Source of the DNA: Wolbachia endosymbiont of Cimex lectularius
GTDB taxonomy: Bacteria; Pseudomonadota; Alphaproteobacteria; Rickettsiales; Anaplasmataceae
DNA: 32,000 nt
Direction: 5' to 3'
Assembly: GCF_000829315.1 (NCBI RefSeq)
Contig: NZ_AP013028.1
Location: 1,050,001-1,082,000, forward strand
The translations under genes were made by a program, and so were the position numbers. The notes beneath the pieces were generated by a model that was not told the DNA's origin, ran no database searches, and saw nothing but the letters and a program-made list of their open reading frames with translations. Below are positions 19,700 through 28,804 of the stretch, piece by piece; positions within the stretch are counted from its first letter, which is position 1; each line of letters opens with the position of its first letter.

Positions 19700-20169
19700 A
19701 TATAGTTGTACATTATTTTGAGTACAAGACCGTCTTCGTTATCCTCATCGTCATCTGACAAACTCGCCTCAGACCGTTTGTCATCATCATCCTCCGAAGA
19801 GATTGTAGATTCATCATCGTCCCTCTCTTGTGATAGTAATGATGGCACGTTTTCTCTGAGATCCGAAGAGGGTCTAGGTAAAAGCACACTGTTTCCTGTT
19901 CCTGGGGCAGTTTGAGGAGAACCAAAAACAGAATTAGGTCGTTGAATAGGAGGATTAGTCAAAGATTGTGAGAAAGGAAAAGTAGTAGTATATGGTTGTT
20001 TACCAACTAGCGTATCATTCATACGATACGAGTTCTCAATGTTGTCACCCTCCTCCTTGCTTACCTCCACCATGCCTACATTTTCGTCTTGTAGAGTGGA
20101 AAGATGTATCGGCTGACTGCCTATTGCAACGTCAGGCTTTGTTATTTCGTGTGGCATAATAAACCTCAA
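19648..20169 (-). CDS. Hypothetical acidic low-complexity protein
   Basis: 173 aa; disordered, with ERDDDESTISSEDDDDKRSEASLSDDDEDNED. Preceded by a good promoter; overlaps the downstream ORF by 52 nt. Confidence 0.6.
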   Translation of the reverse strand: MRFIMPHEITKPDVAIGSQPIHLSTLQDENVGMVEVSKEEGDNIENSYRMNDTLVGKQPYTTTFPFSQSLTNPPIQRPNSVFGSPQTAPGTGNSVLLPRPSSDLRENVPSLLSQERDDDESTISSEDDDDKRSEASLSDDDEDNEDGLVLKIMYNYICVILSHYLIFLSQKTR

Positions 20170-20182
20170 TAATTAAATTAAT

Positions 20183-20211
20183 ATTATACACACCATAAAA
20201 TTTAAAGTCAA
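20183..20211 (-). promoter_or_regulatory. Putative promoter for the 173 aa / 296 aa ORF pair
   Basis: Minus strand TTGACT (20211-20206), 17-nt spacer, TATAAT (20188-20183). Confidence 0.6.
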
Positions 20212-20295
20212 GTAATACTTATTATAACATACTCGTAGAATTTTGGCGTAGCCGTGTTTACTTAGTTGTGTTAACTTAGAACTTAACATTGGGGG

Positions 20296-22782
20296 ATGTT
20301 TATGTTAGAAGAAAAATACAGCTTTAAAGAAATTGAAGCCAAGTACAACATATTGTGGGAAAACAGCAAAATTTATAAATGGAGTGGTGAAAAGGATAAC
20401 ACTTTCACTATAGACACACCTCCACCGACGATATCGGGGAAATTGCATATCGGTCATATATTTAGCTATTGCCACACAGACTTCATTGCAAAGTTTCAGC
20501 GCATGCTGGGGAAAGATGTGTTTTATCCAATTGGGTTTGATGATAATGGGCTCCCTACTGAAAGATTGGTTGAACAAACCTATAAAACCCGTGCAAAGGA
20601 AGTTGGCAGAGAGAAATTTATAGAAATGTGCCACGAGGTTATTGAAAAATCAAAGCAGGAATTCAAGGAATTGTTTAAATCAGTTGGCATTAGCTATGAC
20701 TGGAGTTTGGAATATCACACGATCAGCAAGGAAACTGTGACGCTTTCTCAAATGTCATTTATTGACCTATATAACAAGGGGTATGCATACAGGAAGATGC
20801 AACCCATCCTTTGGGACCCGGTTGACAAAACCGCAATTGCGCAAGCAGAAATAGAGGATAAAGTCTTTGAGTCATCCTTAAACACAATAGTTTTTTCCAC
20901 TGAAGAAAATGAGCAGATCAAAATTGCAACTACGCGACCTGAGCTGCTTCCAGCATGCGTTGCAGTTTTTTGTCATCCAGAGGATGCGCGCTACATTCAT
21001 TTGATTGGAAAAACAGCTACAGTAGCAATAACAGGGGCAAAAGTTTCAATAATAGCTGATGATAAGGTCAAAATAGATAAAGGTACAGGACTGGTTATGT
21101 GCTGTACCTTCGGTGATGAGCTCGACATATACTGGCAGCAAAAGCATAACTTGCCGATGAAGATTATCATCGATCAGGATGGGAGGATAAGTCTAGATTC
21201 AGTGTGTGATAACAATAGATCCCAGTGTCAAGGCACTGGGATGACAAGTAGTGTACTAAATGGACTAAAGGTTAAAGAAGCAAGAAAGAGAATAATTGAA
21301 ATCCTGAGTGGAAAAGGACTTTTGATAGAGAGCACTAGCATTTCTCATTCTGTTAAGTGCGCAGAAAGATCTGGTGCACCACTTGAAATATTGCCTACTT
21401 ATCAATGGTTTATCAAGATCTTAGAGAAAAAAGCTAAAGTATTAGATAAAGTTAAGGAATGCAACTGGTATCCAGCTACTATGCGTAAACGCATGGAAGT
21501 GTGGATAGAAGGACTAAATTGGGACTGGTGCATCTCAAGGCAGCGTTATTTTGGTGTGCCATTTCCAGTGTGGTACTCAAAACGCAAAGGAGAAGAAGGC
21601 AAAATCATTCTAGCTGAAGTGAAGGATCTGCCTATAGATCCACTCAAGGATTTGCCAAAAGGGTATAGTAAGGAAGAAGTTATCCCGGATCAAGATGTGA
21701 TGGACACTTGGGCCACAAGTGCGATCACTCCCCAGCTAAGTGCACTGGCAGTAAACAATGAGTTTCACTTACCGAATCATCGCTATGACAAGATATTTCC
21801 TGCAGATCTGCGTAGCCAAAGCCATGAGATAATAAGAACTTGGGCTTTTTATACAATTTTGAAGGCACATTACCATGCAAACTCCCTGCCATGGAAAAAT
21901 ATCATGATCAGTGGTTGGTGTTTAGCTGATGATAAAAAAAAGATGAGTAAATCAAAAGGTAACGTCATCACTCCTCATGTAATACTTGAGACCTATGGGG
22001 CTGATGTAGTACGCTACTGGGCAGCAAACTCAAGGCTTGGAGTTGATACAGTTTACTCTGAAAATATATTCAGAATTGGTAAGCGCCTCGTTACAAAACT
22101 TTGGAATGCCAGCAAGTTTGTTTCCATGTTCATGGAAAAGCATCAAACAGTAAGCATAAATTCCATCAGTGAGACGATGGATAAATGGATATTGTCCAAG
22201 TTATACAAAGTGATAGATAGAGCAACGAACAACCTGTTGCAATTTGAATACTGCGAAGCTTTGGGGGCAATAGAGGAGTTTTTCTGGAAAGATTTTTGTG
22301 ATAACTACTTAGAGCTGGTGAAAAAACGTGCATATGGGGATGGGATAAACAGTGAAGCAAACTTGAGTGCTAAACAAAGTTTGGCATATGTATTAAACGT
22401 TATTTTGCGGTTATTTGCACCTTTTTTGCCGTACATTACGGAAGAGATATACCACCGGTTGTATAGCTATAATTCTGTGCATAATCAAAGCAATTGGCCA
22501 AGTAAAGAAGAACTTATCTATGATAAACATTCTGAAGAAATGGGAGACAATTCTGTGCAGATATTAAACCTTGTGAGGAAAATAAAGGCAGATAATAATA
22601 TGTCAGTTAAGCATTTGATAAAAAGATTGACAATAAAAGCGAACATACGAGAGGATAGGTTGAATCAATCTGCACAGGATGATTTGCAAACGGTTTGCAA
22701 TGCTGAAGTAATACAGTGGAGTGAGGATGTAACAGGATTTACAACTGAAAATGGAAAATTTACTGTAGGTGCAGAGTTATAA
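20296..22782 (+). CDS. valS: Valyl-tRNA synthetase
   Basis: 828 aa; PPPTISGKLHIGHIFSY (HIGH), KKKMSKSKGNVITP (KMSKS), WDWCISRQRYFGVPFPVWY. Confidence 0.95.
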   Translation: MFMLEEKYSFKEIEAKYNILWENSKIYKWSGEKDNTFTIDTPPPTISGKLHIGHIFSYCHTDFIAKFQRMLGKDVFYPIGFDDNGLPTERLVEQTYKTRAKEVGREKFIEMCHEVIEKSKQEFKELFKSVGISYDWSLEYHTISKETVTLSQMSFIDLYNKGYAYRKMQPILWDPVDKTAIAQAEIEDKVFESSLNTIVFSTEENEQIKIATTRPELLPACVAVFCHPEDARYIHLIGKTATVAITGAKVSIIADDKVKIDKGTGLVMCCTFGDELDIYWQQKHNLPMKIIIDQDGRISLDSVCDNNRSQCQGTGMTSSVLNGLKVKEARKRIIEILSGKGLLIESTSISHSVKCAERSGAPLEILPTYQWFIKILEKKAKVLDKVKECNWYPATMRKRMEVWIEGLNWDWCISRQRYFGVPFPVWYSKRKGEEGKIILAEVKDLPIDPLKDLPKGYSKEEVIPDQDVMDTWATSAITPQLSALAVNNEFHLPNHRYDKIFPADLRSQSHEIIRTWAFYTILKAHYHANSLPWKNIMISGWCLADDKKKMSKSKGNVITPHVILETYGADVVRYWAANSRLGVDTVYSENIFRIGKRLVTKLWNASKFVSMFMEKHQTVSINSISETMDKWILSKLYKVIDRATNNLLQFEYCEALGAIEEFFWKDFCDNYLELVKKRAYGDGINSEANLSAKQSLAYVLNVILRLFAPFLPYITEEIYHRLYSYNSVHNQSNWPSKEELIYDKHSEEMGDNSVQILNLVRKIKADNNMSVKHLIKRLTIKANIREDRLNQSAQDDLQTVCNAEVIQWSEDVTGFTTENGKFTVGAEL
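21219..21242. repeat. Palindromic repeat inserted inside valS
   Basis: ATCCCAGTG-TCAAGG-CACTGGGAT followed by GACA; same unit as at 17040..17063; translated in frame as ..NRSQCQGTGMT... Confidence 0.85.
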
Positions 22783-22856
22783 TAAGCATTTTCTCCCGCA
22801 GGTAAGGGAATTTTAACAAGAATACACAACCATTATTGCCTTTTTATGGGAAAATA

Positions 22857-23741
22857 ATGAGTAACTTGTTTAAAAAAGCCAATTTACCTTATCTTGTAGC
22901 CAGTTCTTTAGCTACTCTTACGTTAATTTTATCCTTAGTGCTTGCTGTAACTTCTCAAGTACCTTTCCCTCTAATTCTTGCTTTAGCTACGTTGTCTGTT
23001 TTGGTGATTGCACTTTCGTGTAGAGCAATTAGTAGTAATAAGAGAATGGAGATTGAGAGAAGTAAATTTGCTGAAAAAGAGCAAAAGTTAGAAAATAAAA
23101 TATCTTTAGAAAAAGAAGCTGGAGAAGCTGCAAATAAAAAAGTAGGGGAGTTAAAGGACCGATTAAATGAATTAATGAAAGAGAAGCAAGGTTTAGAAAG
23201 CAAAATTGAAAGGTTAAATGAGGAAATAGTTCAGTTAAAGATACAGTTAGAATCAGAGGAGGAACTATATGATAAGTCGGAAGAGAAAGGGGAAGAGAAA
23301 AATGAAGAGTTAGAAAAAAAAATAACAAAAGAAATAGAGTATCTAAAGTCATGCCTCAATATGACAAGTCAAAGTGTTGATTTACATAAACAAAACGAAA
23401 AGCACTCATCTGAAAATTCTAATATTGATAGGGTTCTTTTTGATCAATTTCTAAAAGCGGAAAAGAAGCACAGTGGACATATTGACAATTTAGAGGAAAC
23501 GCTAAACATACTGGAACAAATTTTATTACAAGGAAATGTAGTGCAAAAAGCAGCTAACTCACTGGAAATAACAACTAAGGGTTTGAGTAGTGAACTTTTA
23601 TCAGAACTTAAAGGAACAGGTAAAAATACGTCTGCTAGCAAGCAGTTTCCGAAACCAAAACCACTACCAAATGAAACTTCACGTGTAGAAGAAGATCCTG
23701 GATATGTAAGTAGATGCTCTACCCCAGTTGGGCGCTACTAA
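22857..23741 (+). CDS. Hypothetical membrane-anchored coiled-coil protein
   Basis: Two N-terminal TM segments (YLVASSLATLTLILSLVLAV, FPLILALATLSVLVIALSC), then coiled coil and C-terminus DPGYVSRCSTPVGRY. Confidence 0.8.
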   Translation: MSNLFKKANLPYLVASSLATLTLILSLVLAVTSQVPFPLILALATLSVLVIALSCRAISSNKRMEIERSKFAEKEQKLENKISLEKEAGEAANKKVGELKDRLNELMKEKQGLESKIERLNEEIVQLKIQLESEEELYDKSEEKGEEKNEELEKKITKEIEYLKSCLNMTSQSVDLHKQNEKHSSENSNIDRVLFDQFLKAEKKHSGHIDNLEETLNILEQILLQGNVVQKAANSLEITTKGLSSELLSELKGTGKNTSASKQFPKPKPLPNETSRVEEDPGYVSRCSTPVGRY

Positions 23742-23876
23742 TGCTACTATGTATCGTACATTAGGCTAGATATACAGAACTTAAGTAAGATCTACTGTCT
23801 TTCTGGAGTAAAAAAAAGTTGCAAAATGCAATATTATTCTTACAGTCTACAAAAAGATTATGCAAGGAGGTATACG

Positions 23877-24557
23877 ATGAACCCAATAATATGCGCACTA
23901 GACACACAAGATTTGAATGAGGCTGTATCTTTAGCTAATGCTCTACGTGATAAAGTTGGCATGTTAAAACTGGGATTAGAATTTTTTGCTGCTCATGGTC
24001 CTTCTGGAGTGAGGGAAGTTGCAAAGTGTAATATACCAATTTTTTTAGATCTGAAACTGCATGATATTCCAAACACTGTAGCTAAAACAGTTGAGGCAAT
24101 CAAGGCTTTGGGTGTTGAAATATTAACATTGCATATAAGCGGTGGAGCAAAAATGCTTGAAGAAGCTTTAAGTGTAGTGAAAGATGCAAAAATGAAACTG
24201 ATCGGAGTAACCGTGCTAACTAGTATGGGCAATGAGGATTTAAATGAGCTTGGAGTGACAAAAGAGGTGAAATCACAGGTAATTTTACTTGCAAAGCTCG
24301 CAAAAAAGATTGGGCTACATGGAATAGTTTGCCCTGCACTGGAAGCTCAGGAAGTGCGCAAAGAGTGCGGTAAAGACTTTACAATTATTACTCCGGGAAT
24401 TCGTGTAGACTCTGGTCACGATGACCAAAAAAGAACAGCAACACCAAAAGAAGCAATAAGTTCAGGAGCTGATTATGTCGTAATTGGTAGGCCCATTACA
24501 AAAAGTGACAGTCCTGCAAATAGTGCGGAATTAATATGGGAATCACTCATTAATTGA
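23877..24557 (+). CDS. pyrF: Orotidine 5'-phosphate decarboxylase
   Basis: IICALDTQDLNEA, FLDLKLHDIPNTVAK, GIRVDSGHDDQKRTATPKEAISSGADYVVIGRPI. ATG at 23877 preferred. Confidence 0.95.
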   Translation: MNPIICALDTQDLNEAVSLANALRDKVGMLKLGLEFFAAHGPSGVREVAKCNIPIFLDLKLHDIPNTVAKTVEAIKALGVEILTLHISGGAKMLEEALSVVKDAKMKLIGVTVLTSMGNEDLNELGVTKEVKSQVILLAKLAKKIGLHGIVCPALEAQEVRKECGKDFTIITPGIRVDSGHDDQKRTATPKEAISSGADYVVIGRPITKSDSPANSAELIWESLIN

Positions 24558-24585
24558 GGTCGCAAAAAAAAATTTAAAAAAGTGC

Positions 24586-24614
24586 TTGACATGAAAAAAT
24601 AAACATTGTATAGT
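24586..24614 (+). promoter_or_regulatory. Strong promoter-like sequence upstream of IS copy 1
   Basis: TTGACA-N17-TATAGT, followed by the perfect inverted repeat CACTTAAC-TTA-GTTAAGTG at 24639..24657. Confidence 0.6.
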
Positions 24615-24780
24615 ATTATCATCTTTCATATTTTTCCTCACTTAACTTAGTTAAGTGTTAAGTATTTAATAAGTTTGTGGTGTTACGTAAGTAGCACTAC
24701 ATGATTTTTCAGTTTATATTCTCAAAAATTAAGTTTTTTTCTATTTCATTGGATATACTCTATGATAAGAAAAATTTCTA

Positions 24781-25642
24781 AGAACCTGTTTAAAATCTTG
24801 GAAATGTGAGGTAAAGTAAGCATAGATTAATAATGAGGTGTCTATGCAGAAAAGTTATCCAAGTAATATAAGTCAAGAGCAGTTTGAAAAAATCAGGCCA
24901 ATTTTGGAGAGTAGCAAGCAGAAAACAAAACCAAGAAAACTTGATTTGTATGACGTATTTTGTGGGGTGTTGTACGTCTTAAAAAGTGGTTGTCAGTGGA
25001 GGATGTTACCAAAGGGTTTTCCAAGATGGGAAAGCGTATATTACTATTTTCGAGTGTGGAGTAAAAAGAATGGAGAAGAGCCAAGCTTGTTGGAATTAGT
25101 CTTAAAAAAAATTAGTTGGAGAGGTCCGTATCAGCAATGGTCGGAAAGAGAAAACTAGCTTTTGTATAATTGATTCTCAAAGCGTTAAAAACGCAGATAC
25201 TGCTGAAAAAAAAGGCTATGATGCAGGTAAAAAGATTTCAGGGATAAAGCGCCATATTGCAGTTGATACACAAGGTTTGCCACATGCAATTTATGTAACA
25301 ACGGCAGAAGCAACTGACCGTAGCAGTGCTGTGAAAATGGTCGAAAATGCTAAAGCAAACCTCTCTGAAGTTAAAAACATACTGGTTGATGCTGGCTACA
25401 CAGGAGAAAATTTTGCAACACAAATAAAAGCTATCATTGGTGCGACTGTTGAAGTAATAAAGCGAAGTGAGTTACACACTTTCGTCGTATTGCCAAAAAG
25501 ATGGGTTGTTGAACGCTCTTTTGCCTGGTTAGAAAAGTGCAGGCGATTGTGGAAAAATTGCGAGCGGAAGCTCAACACTAGCTTACAGATGATAGTCCTC
25601 TCCTTCATTTCTCTCCTGTTACGAAGATTTTAAACAGGTTCT
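24781..25642 (+). mobile_element. IS5-family-like insertion sequence, copy 1
   Basis: Inverted ends AGAACCTGTTTAAAATCTT / AAGATTTTAAACAGGTTCT; 862 bp; encodes two-frame transposase. Near-identical copy at 28805..29667. Confidence 0.93.
24838..25633 (+). CDS. IS5-like transposase, two frames (24838..25158 and the ORF2 frame to 25633)
   Basis: ORF1 MSMQKSYPSNISQEQFEKIRPILE..., ORF2 frame ...TSFCIIDSQSVKNADTAEKKGYDAGKKISGIKRHIAVDTQGLPHAIYV...RRF. A 1-nt shift near an A8 tract would join them. Confidence 0.8.
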
Positions 25643-27352
25643 CAGAGGGCAAAAGAGTTGCTTGAACGGGCTTTAGCAATTTACGAGAAACATTATGGCT
25701 CTGACCATCTCAAAGCTGCTGGAGCACTGACAAATCTAAGTAACGTCTACCATGCTTTAGGTAATCCTCGGAAACAAAAAGAATTGCTTGAACAGGTCTT
25801 ATCTGTTTTTGAAGAACATTATGGTTCTGATCATTTTCAAGTTGCTACCATACTGGCAAATCTTGGTATCGCTTATGGGAATTTAGGTAATTATAAGAAA
25901 GCAAAAGAGCTGTTTGAACAGACTTTAGCAATTTACGAAAAACATTATGGCCCTGATCATTTTCAAGTTGCTGAGACGCTGACAAAGCTAGGTAATACTT
26001 ATTATGCTTTAGGTGATCCTCGGAAAGCAAAAGAATTGCTTGAACAAGCTCTACCTATTCTTGAGAAACACTATGATCCTAGCCACTTTCAAGTTGCTAC
26101 ACTACTAGCAGACCTAGGTAATGCTTATGGAGATTTAGGCGATCATAAGAGAAAAAAGGAGTTGCTCGAACAGGTTTTACCTATTCTTGAGAAATATTAT
26201 AATCCTGATCATTTTCAAGTTGCTGCGTTACTGATAAACCTAGGCAATGCTTATTATGCTTTAGGTGATCCTCAGAAAGCAAAAGAGTTGCTTGAACGGG
26301 CTTTGGCAATTCAAAAGAAACATTATGGTTCTGATCATTTCAAAGTTGCTATTACGCTAACGAATCTTAGTAACGCTTATCATGCTTTAGGTGATCCTCA
26401 GAAGACAAAAGAGTTGCTTGAACGGGCCTTACTTATCTTGAATCAGCATTGTAGCCCTGACCATTTTGAAGCTGCCAAAACACTGGCAAACCTTGGTAAT
26501 GCTTATGGGGATTTAGGTGAATACGAAAAACAAAAGGAGTTACTTGAACAGGCTTTACCTATTTTTGAGAAACACTACGGCTTTGATCATTTTCAAGTAG
26601 CCATTGGATTGACAAACCTCAGTACCGCTTATCATGCTTTAGGTGACTATAAGAAACAAAAGGAGTTGCTTGAACGGGCTTTAACAATTAAAGAAAAACA
26701 TTATGGATCTGATCATTTTCAAGTGGCCATTGAACTGACAAACCTCGGTACCGCTTATAGCGCTTTAAGCGATCATAAGAAAGCAAAAGAGTTGCTTGAA
26801 CAGGCTTTAGCAATTGACAAGAAATATTATGGTTCTGATCACTTTCAAGTGGCTATTATATTAGAAAACCTGGGTATCACTTATGGCACTTTAGGTAATC
26901 ATAAGAAACAAAAGGAATTGCTTGAACGTGCTTTAGCAATTAATGAAAAATACTATGGTCCTGATCATCTTCAAGTTGCTAGGACGCTGATAAATCTAGG
27001 CATCGCTTATGGAGATTTAGGTGAACATGAAAAACAAAAGGGGTTGCTTGAAAGTGCTTTACCCATTTTTGAGAAACATTATGGCTCTGACCGTTTTCAA
27101 GTTGCTAAACTACTGGCAAACCTAGGTATCACTTATGGCGCTTTGAGTGATCATAAGAAACAAAAGGAGTTACTTGAGCAGGCTTTACCTATCTTTAAGA
27201 AACATTACGACCCTGATCATTTCGAAGTTGCTAAACTACTGATAAACCTGAGTATTGCTTATGGTGCTTTAGGTGACCATGAGAAACAAAAAATGTTGTT
27301 TGAGAGAGCTTTACCTATCATTAAGAAACATTATAGCTCTGATCGTTTTTGA
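25643..27352 (+). pseudogene. Tandem TPR (kinesin-light-chain-like, 42-aa units) protein, probably truncated at both ends
   Basis: Track ORF 25658..27352. 13 full units plus a partial 14th (LEQALPIFEKHYGSDHFQVAxxLxNLGxAYxxLGDxxKxKEL). TPR-coding sequence begins immediately after the IS right end. Confidence 0.75.
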
Positions 27353-27427
27353 AGTTGCTAAACTACTGGCAGAATTAGACAAAGTTTAGGCTTTTAGCAA
27401 CACTAGATTAATAACAACTCATTTGAG

Positions 27428-28600
27428 CTACACTTCCAAAACCAATCTGTTTGGGTCTTCTATGTAATTTTTTATTTTAACAAGGAAAGTTACTGCTCCT
27501 TTGCCGTCAACTATTCTGTGGTCGTAGGAGAGGGCAATGTACATCATAGGTCTGATTTCCACTGTATTGCCTACAGCAACTGGCCTGCTTTGTATTGAAT
27601 GCATGCCAAGTATTCCAGATTGCGGAGGGTTTATGATCGGGGTGGACAGGAGTGAACCGTATACTCCGCCGTTTGAGATAGTAAATGTTGCACCTTCCAT
27701 TTCTGATACTTGCAGCTTGCCTTCTCGAGCTTTTTTGCCAAGAGCAGCTAAAGTCAATTCGATTTCGGCAAATGACATCTGGTCAGCACTCCGAATAACC
27801 GGCACAACAAGGCCTTTATCGGTGCCAACAGCAACGCCTATGTCATAGTAATGTTTATATACGATTTCATCGCCTGAGATTTCAGCGTTAATTTCAGGAA
27901 TCTCCTTCAGTGCTTGCACCGCTGCCTTTATAAAAAACGATATGAAACCCAGTTTTATTCCATATTTTTTTTCGAAAGTTTCTTTATATTTTGCCCTAAG
28001 ATCCATCACATTCTTCATGTCGATCTCATTGAATGTGGTCAGTATTGCAGCAGTGTTTTGCGATGCCTTCAAACGAGCAGCGATTACTTGCCTTATTTTG
28101 CTCATTTTTACCCGTTCTTCTCTTCGCTCCCCACTTGCTATACTTTTTGGCAGTTCGACCGCAGGCTGTTCAGCGCCTGTACTTTTGCTTATATGGCCTA
28201 TTACATCCGCTTTGGTTATTCTGCCTCCCATGCCAGTTCCTTTGACATCTTCTGCGCTGATTGCATTTTCCTCCATAATTTTACGAGCTGAAGGAGCGTC
28301 TTTTTTAGCAGGGCTTTCGCTTTTGTCTTCTTTCTTCATCTCTTCTTTCACCTCTCCTACGGAAAGCTTCGCTAATAGCTGATCTGGGCTTATTACATCA
28401 TCCTCTTTTACAAGAAATTCAGTTATTTGCCCAGAAGCCTCTGCGGTTAATTCAAGCGCTGTTTTGTCAGTTTCAATTTCAAAGATTAAATCATCTACTT
28501 TTACTGATTCGCCAACATTTTTCTTTATTTTGACTATACCTTCCGTGACTGATTCACCACCTAGAGTTTTTGGTGCTCTAATTTCTATAATTTTGCTCAT
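27428..28600 (-). CDS. sucB: Dihydrolipoamide succinyltransferase (2-oxoglutarate dehydrogenase E2)
   Basis: Lipoyl domain [17 protein letters not shown], peripheral-subunit-binding domain, C-terminal [18 protein letters not shown]; 390 aa. Confidence 0.95.
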   Translation of the reverse strand: MSKIIEIRAPKTLGGESVTEGIVKIKKNVGESVKVDDLIFEIETDKTALELTAEASGQITEFLVKEDDVISPDQLLAKLSVGEVKEEMKKEDKSESPAKKDAPSARKIMEENAISAEDVKGTGMGGRITKADVIGHISKSTGAEQPAVELPKSIASGERREERVKMSKIRQVIAARLKASQNTAAILTTFNEIDMKNVMDLRAKYKETFEKKYGIKLGFISFFIKAAVQALKEIPEINAEISGDEIVYKHYYDIGVAVGTDKGLVVPVIRSADQMSFAEIELTLAALGKKAREGKLQVSEMEGATFTISNGGVYGSLLSTPIINPPQSGILGMHSIQSRPVAVGNTVEIRPMMYIALSYDHRIVDGKGAVTFLVKIKNYIEDPNRLVLEV

Positions 28601-28752
28601 AAAACAACCTTTCGTACAAACTTGCTATAATTTTATACATGAAAAGAACCATATAATAAACTAATAAATTTTTTTATCATTTAGAAGTGAAAAACGGATA
28701 ACATACTCCTAAATGCCATTCTAAGTATATTCTACCCATAAAAACGGAAAAA

Positions 28753-28789
28753 AACTACTTGACAACCTTCGTCAGTCCCCTTACAATAG
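28753..28789. repeat. Fragment of the promoter-bearing repeat (copy D)
   Basis: aactacttgacaaccttcgtcagtccccttacaatag resembles copy B aactacttgacaaccttcgccgttacccttataatga. Confidence 0.6.
28759..28787 (+). promoter_or_regulatory. Near-consensus promoter reading into IS copy 2
   Basis: TTGACA-N17-TACAAT ending 18 nt before the IS left end. Confidence 0.55.
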
Positions 28790-28804
28790 AGTTGTGGGTG
28801 TCTT

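Noticed and set aside
25643-27352. CRISPR-like regular repeat spacing
   Set aside because: The 126-bp periodicity is coding TPR units with no short conserved repeat/variable spacer pattern and no cas genes nearby.
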